A stretch of 64,000 nucleotides of DNA, from positions 2,845 through 66,844 of IMG/VR virus record IMGVR_UViG_3300028392_000065. One strand, given 5' to 3'. The position numbers were made by a program, and so were the translations under genes. The notes beneath the pieces are model-generated. The model saw only the letters and a list, made by a program, of their open reading frames with translations, made no database searches and had not been told where the DNA came from. The first letter of the stretch is position 1. Each line of letters opens with the position of its first letter. Below are positions 57,833-64,000 of the stretch, piece after piece. The stretch is from a virus.

Positions 57833-60478
57833 TTACTTATTTAACATTTTGACCCTAAAAGCATTAACCGGTGGGTTACTAATGATATCTTGCTCGCCAG
57901 CATCTTCCATGAACTCTAAATCTACATCTGGCGTTCTTAAAGAAAGCAAATCTGTTAAATCATATACATCGTCAATTTGCTCAATAATACCATTGCCGCT
58001 CGCCAACGACTCAAGCTCTTCTTTGCTGCCTAAAATTATTGTAAAACAATTAGATGCGTCTACTTCAGTCTGGCGACCGTGTTCATCTTCTATTGTCACC
58101 AAACTTTCGCGTGGAATCTCAAATACTTCCACCTTGTAGTAAGTACTGTCGCCATCAAACGGAACAACGCGATACTCAGTAGTTTGGAACGACCTCCAGT
58201 TTGTGTCGCGTTTATCAATAACGTTTTTTCTATTTGCTTCACGCGCAATAAGTAAAGCGTCTTCATGGTTTAAATGCTTTCGCAAATGAGAAGGGGATGA
58301 TCCAAAATCTTCTAAATTGTTCGGATCAGCGAAAGACGCAAAATCTGCACCCTTAGAATAAGAGTAAGGCATTTCTGCAAACGCCCAATCATCCATGTAA
58401 TAATCCGACTGCGTGATAATTTCATCAATGACACTGTGTTTCAAATCTTCAGGATTAGGTGCAAAAAAACCGTGGTAAGCAAAAAGGGCGTCAAACTCTT
58501 TCTGATAATCTCCACTATGCGCCTTACTTGAAGATGCTTGCTTGGCAAAACTATCTGCAAAATTCATCAAATCGTTATTGTCATAAATACCATAAACGTC
58601 AGATTCCTCGCGCAATATTCCAGGGGAAAAATACAATGCGCGAGTATCCTCGTCAAACTCAGGAGGTTTAGATTCATTAATAGCATAAGCACCATACGAA
58701 CGGCTCTTCATTTGACGGTTCTCATATCCGCGAGATTCTAAAACCTTCTCAGCATTTTTAGGCTTAAACAAATCCTTAACATTATCTTGCTTAGGTTTAA
58801 AAGCACTTTTTAAATCAGACAACTTAGCTTCCGGCTTTTGTGCTGCAACCTTACGCGACTCAGCCAAACGACGAGACTCAGCCAGATACTTAGCATCCTT
58901 AGCGTCACGCCTATCACGACGCTCACGGCGAGCCTTACGATCCTCTGGAGTTCTTGTCTTATCCTTAAAACGCCCACCTTCACCGCGAGGATGCTCGTTA
59001 TTAAAATCTTGTAACTGTTCCCCATCAAGATTTTTATAAATGTTAGGACCAACTGGCTCAACAAATTGACCTTCATTGGCTAATTCCACGTCAATAGTCT
59101 CAAGGTACAAGCCAGTACCAAACCCATTAATTTCATAAGGCTCCAAACGGGCATTTTCTATGTACCCATTGGGAGCAATACGATTAATGTTTGAAAAAGT
59201 AAACCTAGCGTTAGGCACTATTTCTTTAACATCAAAACCTTTGTCATCATTGTGCGCAGAGCCCACACGAGGCATATCCGCATTAACAGGAGCACCTGGA
59301 GGAATACGTACCATGTAGTAATCATTATCAAGGGTACGAGCAGTCACGTCACCAAAAAGATACTTACCATTAATAGACAAATCTTTTTTAGTAAACCCTG
59401 TTAAACCAAACTCAATTGCCAACCCAGTATAAAAACTTCCACTTTGGCTAACAACAGAATTAGCAATAGTTTTAGGGATTAAACAATAAAGTTCCATATC
59501 AGCAATAACATAAGGAGGGGTCTTTTCTCCTGGTGGACTATCGTAAGCGCCCATATGGAAATTAGTTGGCATTTTAGTCAAAGCCATACCTTCATATGCT
59601 CGACTCTTCATTTCACGATTCTCATAACCACGAGACTCTAAAACTGGAGCACTAGTCTCCTGTGGTTTAGGTTTAAATAAATCTCTAACGCTACTCGCAG
59701 GTTTAAAAAGGTCTTTTAAATTACTTTGTGTAGACCTATCTTGCGTAACTGCTGGCTTACCTACCTGACGATCACGAACATACTTAGCGTCTTTAGCATC
59801 TTTAGCATCACGACGATCACGCCTATCCCGGCGAGCACGCCTATCACTAATCTCAGAAATAGGCTTAGGCCCATCAGGCTTATCAGTAAAACGCCCACCC
59901 TCACCGCGAGGATGCTCTCTTTCATTAAAATTTTGTTTAGAAATTAACTCATCAGTCATTAAAGCTTCTCGATTACCTAAAGTAGACGCATAGTTCATCA
60001 ACTCGCGATCAGCGTAATCTTCACGAACAATAGGCTGCACAGTTGCCGACTTCATGACAGTTGCATACTTACCTAAACGGTCAAGTGGCACCCCGTGAAC
60101 CTCAGCAGCACGCTCAATAGCATTAGGCCACGGCATGCCTCCATTAGTCCACGTAGTAATCAATCGCTCTGTAGCTTCCACGGCTTGCTTATGAATAGCC
60201 TCAGCCAATAACTCACCGTACTTCTTAGAAGCATCGCCCATCACAGGCTTAGTTGCATTACCAAGTGCTTTTGAAATTGGCTCTAAATCAACACCGGAAA
60301 GTACTTCGTGTACATGATGTACATCAATAAGCGTAGAGTTTGCCAAAGGTTTTAAAACATTTTGCACAAGCCCGTGATAGCCCAATACAGCAACACCAAC
60401 GCCATTAACTACATCAGAATCATCAACAAGCGCTAAGGCATCACGCGAAGACTGCGAATCTGCCCACCATCGGTTCAT
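57833..60478 (-). CDS. large head-associated protein with a duplicated module
   Basis: 881 aa; two copies of HPRGEGGRF...RRDRRDAKDAK...VLESRGYENR.MKSR.Y. Confidence 0.75.
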   Translation of the reverse strand: MNRWWADSQSSRDALALVDDSDVVNGVGVAVLGYHGLVQNVLKPLANSTLIDVHHVHEVLSGVDLEPISKALGNATKPVMGDASKKYGELLAEAIHKQAVEATERLITTWTNGGMPWPNAIERAAEVHGVPLDRLGKYATVMKSATVQPIVREDYADRELMNYASTLGNREALMTDELISKQNFNEREHPRGEGGRFTDKPDGPKPISEISDRRARRDRRDRRDAKDAKDAKYVRDRQVGKPAVTQDRSTQSNLKDLFKPASSVRDLFKPKPQETSAPVLESRGYENREMKSRAYEGMALTKMPTNFHMGAYDSPPGEKTPPYVIADMELYCLIPKTIANSVVSQSGSFYTGLAIEFGLTGFTKKDLSINGKYLFGDVTARTLDNDYYMVRIPPGAPVNADMPRVGSAHNDDKGFDVKEIVPNARFTFSNINRIAPNGYIENARLEPYEINGFGTGLYLETIDVELANEGQFVEPVGPNIYKNLDGEQLQDFNNEHPRGEGGRFKDKTRTPEDRKARRERRDRRDAKDAKYLAESRRLAESRKVAAQKPEAKLSDLKSAFKPKQDNVKDLFKPKNAEKVLESRGYENRQMKSRSYGAYAINESKPPEFDEDTRALYFSPGILREESDVYGIYDNNDLMNFADSFAKQASSSKAHSGDYQKEFDALFAYHGFFAPNPEDLKHSVIDEIITQSDYYMDDWAFAEMPYSYSKGADFASFADPNNLEDFGSSPSHLRKHLNHEDALLIAREANRKNVIDKRDTNWRSFQTTEYRVVPFDGDSTYYKVEVFEIPRESLVTIEDEHGRQTEVDASNCFTIILGSKEELESLASGNGIIEQIDDVYDLTDLLSLRTPDVDLEFMEDAGEQDIISNPPVNAFRVKMLNK

Positions 60479-61458
60479 GACTTAACCAAACTACCCTTTT
60501 TAGTAGGAACAATACCCAACGAACTTAAAGCACTTTTAACGTCTTGCGCAATAAAAGTCGATGAACCAACCTTATCAGGAGACGTACCACGTAAACGTCT
60601 AGCCCTAGCAACAACTAGAGCATCATGATAATTACGTACACCACCAGCATTATCACCCAAAGCCGCCACATACTTCATAGCCGCCACAGAGGCTTTCTGA
60701 CTATCAGCATTAGCAAACTTATCGCCATTCTTATCCATAATAGAACCAAGAATTTTATTATGATCTGCAACCGAATAATCAGGGAAATGAATAGTCTTAG
60801 GAAAACGCCTATTAAAGCCAGGGTTAACATCCATAAGTTGCTTCAACTCATTAGGATAACCAGCAATAATAACTACCGTATCTGAACGGTTTTCTTCCAT
60901 TTCCTTCATCAACTGGTTAGCGGCGCGTTTACCGTATTCATCTTGAGCAAGCATGTAAGCCTCGTCAACAAAGACGACACCGCCCTTAGCTTCCTTAAAG
61001 ATTTCTTTAACCTTTTGTTCAACAGTATTTGAATATCCACCTGCAAGGTCAGCGCGGTCAACAACCGTAACCTTATTAGTAGGCAAGATGCCAGTAGCGT
61101 GATACAAGTCAGCAATGCTATGCGCAACCGTAGTCTTACCGGTACCCGGATTACCAGACAAAACAAGATGGTTAGTAACAGGGCTAGAAGCCAAACCAAG
61201 AGCTTTACGCCTCTGAGCATCCTCAGCCAAACTGACCAAAGAATCAACCTGATCCGCTACCGACTCCATACCAATCATCGAATGAAGTTTGGCACTAATC
61301 TCGGCAACCTTATCTCGCTTTACAGGAGTGGTAGGTTTAAGCGCCGGCGCTGTTGCACCACCTGAGCTAGCGGATGGTGCTTCGACACGACTTGCACCCG
61401 TCGGGACGAGAAGCCCAGGTTCTTTGACAGATGGCTTTTCGCCATCAAATCTTTTGGG
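60475..61458 (-). CDS. CbbX/SpoVK/EccA-type AAA+ ATPase domain, probably made as a -1 frameshift extension of the upstream protein
   Basis: HLVLSGNPGTGKTTVA, GGVVFVDEAY, IIAGYP, NPGFNRRF; frame open from the slippery site at 61452-61458. Confidence 0.85.
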   Translation of the reverse strand, partial: PKRFDGEKPSVKEPGLLVPTGASRVEAPSASSGGATAPALKPTTPVKRDKVAEISAKLHSMIGMESVADQVDSLVSLAEDAQRRKALGLASSPVTNHLVLSGNPGTGKTTVAHSIADLYHATGILPTNKVTVVDRADLAGGYSNTVEQKVKEIFKEAKGGVVFVDEAYMLAQDEYGKRAANQLMKEMEENRSDTVVIIAGYPNELKQLMDVNPGFNRRFPKTIHFPDYSVADHNKILGSIMDKNGDKFANADSQKASVAAMKYVAALGDNAGGVRNYHDALVVARARRLRGTSPDKVGSSTFIAQDVKSALSSLGIVPTKKGSLVKS

Positions 61459-64000
61459 GCCTCTTCACCACCTACCTTATTTAGATAACTTACCGCAGTA
61501 GCAAGAGACCAACCTTTTTGATAATCCATAGCTCTGTCCACAACAACATCTTCATTAATACCGAAGAAGCCGTAAGAATCTAAACCATTTTCATTTAAAC
61601 CAAGAGCGGCTTGACCCTCTTCGGTGTCCAAACCAAGAGCACTTCGAATTTTGTCGCGTGGAATTTTAGTAGCCTTGGCTAAATCATCTACTGTAGGTGT
61701 ATCTGTACCGAAAGACACAGATGACAAACCTTCTTTCAAAGACTTCAGGGTGCCAATGTTTTCTTTAGCCAACTTGTTAATTGCCGAATCACTGCGCTCA
61801 TCGCCTTTTTCGTCATACAACAAACTTGAAGTTATGTTAAAGGTTTTCTTGTTTGCGGGGTTTGTAGCAAAAGTACCGAGATCGCTCTGACTACCAATGG
61901 CTTGAATTTCATCAAACAATTGCGGTACAGAACCAGTGTAAAAAGCGCTATCTTCACCATCTAAAGGATTGATAAAAGGATGCTCGGCGTTTACAACATC
62001 AGACAGTTTTTCACCAAACTCAGAAACATAGTTAGCAACATCTTCGTAGGTATCAAAGTCTGGTCCCAAATCTTCAGGATCAGTAGATCCGTAAATACTT
62101 TTAGCCATGCTACTAACCGCTTTACCATCAGATAAAAGTTCAGCCACATAAGGCCCATCAGACTCAATAACTTTAGGAAGTAACAAAGCGTTATCGCGGT
62201 TCATTAACCAACGCAAAGCTTTAGTTTTATCAACCTTTGCTTCTTCCCAACTACCATTAGCATCACGGACCACAGGGGGAATAGCGCGTTCTGGCATAAC
62301 CATACCATTAGAGAACGTTTCAATTTCAGGTTGGAAATCAGCCATACGAGCCTTGTTAGCATTCATAATCAAACCTGCAAGCCCGCCCGTAGGCAAAGGA
62401 GTGCGCTCTATCGGGGCACTAGCCCCACCTGCTACCTCAGACTTTGCACCAGGCGTACCCGTAGAACCAGCGGCACCAGCAGTGCTCTTAGGCTCGGTAG
62501 CCCCATCAGATTCGTAGTCAAGACTTGAAGCTTTCGTACGCATCTCGCCCGCAGTTCTGTAATAACCACCGCGTAGTGAATTGGCCTTCATCCCAAACGG
62601 ACGAACATAACCCTTATCACTTGAATACAACTTTTGGCGAGCCCCTGCAGCACCCGACTGACTAAGGTTCTGCAAGAAACCCTCACCCGGATTATTACTA
62701 GTCAAAGGATGATAAGAAACGTTACGAATGTAGTAAGGGAACTGCTGTTGCAAAGTCTGCAAAGCAACCTCATAGCCCTTAGAGTTCAAAGACAACTCGG
62801 AAACACGCTTATTGCGCTCCTCACCAACTTTTTCATCAAAAACATCAGAAACACGACGTTCAAAACGGTCCTTAGAATAATTACGGCCCTCGTCCTCAAC
62901 CTGCTTACGCGCTTCCAACTCAATAGCCTTAAGCGTTTCAGAATCAAGGTTCTTGCTCTTTTCACGAGCATTATCGAGCATGCGCTGATTTACGTCCTTA
63001 AAAGACTCACCATTAGGACGCTGTGCAACAACCATACGCGCACGAGAAGCAATGATTTCTTTTTCCGCAGGAGACAAGTCACTAACATAAAGACCCGAAG
63101 CATCAACAGCATCAAGAATCTTTACATAACGGTCATACAATTGACGAGCACGATCAGTATTAGCCCTACCGCCACGGAAATTAGGGTCAAACTCAAGCGA
63201 AAACACACCCGAACTAGACACCACTGTAGCCATACGCGTACCAGTACGAGCAGCCGTGTAAATGTCCTCAGAAGTCAACCCACCCTGCTGGCGAGTACGC
63301 ACATACTGGCCGCCCTGCAAAGACTTTAAGTTCTTAAAATCAAAAGGTAAATAATGGTCATCAGCATAACCCACAGACTGAGAAACAACGTCACCATCCG
63401 CATCAATAATTACACCCTGCGAAGGAAGGATGTTACCAGCCTTACGGCTAACTTCAGCAATAAAAGGATCCGTAGGTAAAGTGTTCAACAAGTGACGAGC
63501 AGCAACATCCGCACGAACATTTAAACGCAACTCATCTGGTGTAAAAGCGCCCCCGCGACTGCGAGAAAGGTAATCAATTTCATGACCAGCGGCCTGCATC
63601 ACTAAATCGTTGCTAGAAGAACGATTCTTACCTTCTAATGCTGCGTCACGAATTGTTTGAGCAATTTTACTTTGCGGGTCACGTGATTCGGCAGCAATCT
63701 CAACAGCGCGCATGCTATTACTATTAAACTGTCTAACTAAATCTAAATCTGGTTCTTTTTCCGTACCACGGTAACGATATGCGGCTTCCTGAACATAAGG
63801 ACCTAAAACCTTTTCAGCTTCAGGGCCAACTTCACCCATGAAACGAGCAAAATGACCAAATTGATTAGTCGGATCTATTTCATATAAAACATTTCCACCG
63901 GTTCTAACCGTGTCAAAGAAACGAGAAAGCACAGAACGCGAGCCATCTTTTGGCTTTGCTAGGCTGTTTTGAAAAGCAGTACGAGTTTCAGGGTTAGTCA
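61320..64000 (-). CDS. very large head-region protein (5' end outside the window)
   Basis: reading frame open from the window edge to TAA at 61320 (>890 codons). Confidence 0.8.
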   Translation of the reverse strand, partial: TNPETRTAFQNSLAKPKDGSRSVLSRFFDTVRTGGNVLYEIDPTNQFGHFARFMGEVGPEAEKVLGPYVQEAAYRYRGTEKEPDLDLVRQFNSNSMRAVEIAAESRDPQSKIAQTIRDAALEGKNRSSSNDLVMQAAGHEIDYLSRSRGGAFTPDELRLNVRADVAARHLLNTLPTDPFIAEVSRKAGNILPSQGVIIDADGDVVSQSVGYADDHYLPFDFKNLKSLQGGQYVRTRQQGGLTSEDIYTAARTGTRMATVVSSSGVFSLEFDPNFRGGRANTDRARQLYDRYVKILDAVDASGLYVSDLSPAEKEIIASRARMVVAQRPNGESFKDVNQRMLDNAREKSKNLDSETLKAIELEARKQVEDEGRNYSKDRFERRVSDVFDEKVGEERNKRVSELSLNSKGYEVALQTLQQQFPYYIRNVSYHPLTSNNPGEGFLQNLSQSGAAGARQKLYSSDKGYVRPFGMKANSLRGGYYRTAGEMRTKASSLDYESDGATEPKSTAGAAGSTGTPGAKSEVAGGASAPIERTPLPTGGLAGLIMNANKARMADFQPEIETFSNGMVMPERAIPPVVRDANGSWEEAKVDKTKALRWLMNRDNALLLPKVIESDGPYVAELLSDGKAVSSMAKSIYGSTDPEDLGPDFDTYEDVANYVSEFGEKLSDVVNAEHPFINPLDGEDSAFYTGSVPQLFDEIQAIGSQSDLGTFATNPANKKTFNITSSLLYDEKGDERSDSAINKLAKENIGTLKSLKEGLSSVSFGTDTPTVDDLAKATKIPRDKIRSALGLDTEEGQAALGLNENGLDSYGFFGINEDVVVDRAMDYQKGWSLATAVSYLNKVGGEEAPKDLMAKSHLSKNLGFSSRRVQVVSKHHPLAQVVQQRRRLNLPLL

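Noticed and set aside
1-64000. Many antisense or shadow ORFs, and stop-codon reassignment
   Set aside because: The shadow ORFs lie inside well-supported genes and reflect codon bias; genes are intact and tightly packed under the standard code.

Overview
Most of a circularly permuted, fairly AT-rich tailed phage genome (siphovirus-like). The host is probably an actinobacterium: WhiB, a DnaE-type polymerase and actinophage-type holin and head-tail genes are present, and freshwater low-GC Actinobacteria are an inference. The minus strand carries the virion/lysis arm: endolysin, tRNA-Trp, TerL, holin, Dps and portal (1-10362), then head, tail, tape measure and tail-tip genes (32209-64000). The plus strand carries the replication and accessory arm (10791-32036). 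Main discovery: five tandem type II hammerhead ribozymes (26269-27629), each with a covarying pseudoknot. Each sits at the junction between the end of one small ORF and the RBS of the next, so one transcript would be cut into single-gene RNAs. One stem II variant compensates across a cassette (GAT/ATC), which suggests the cassettes circularise or move as units. Other highlights: a predicted -1 frameshift fusing a large head-region protein to a CbbX/SpoVK/EccA-type AAA+ domain, and a set of head-region polyproteins built from cationic Gly-rich modules and an ADP-ribosyltransferase-like domain, separated by recurring [VI]-x-K motifs. All calls come from reading the sequence by eye; no searches or folding programs were run.
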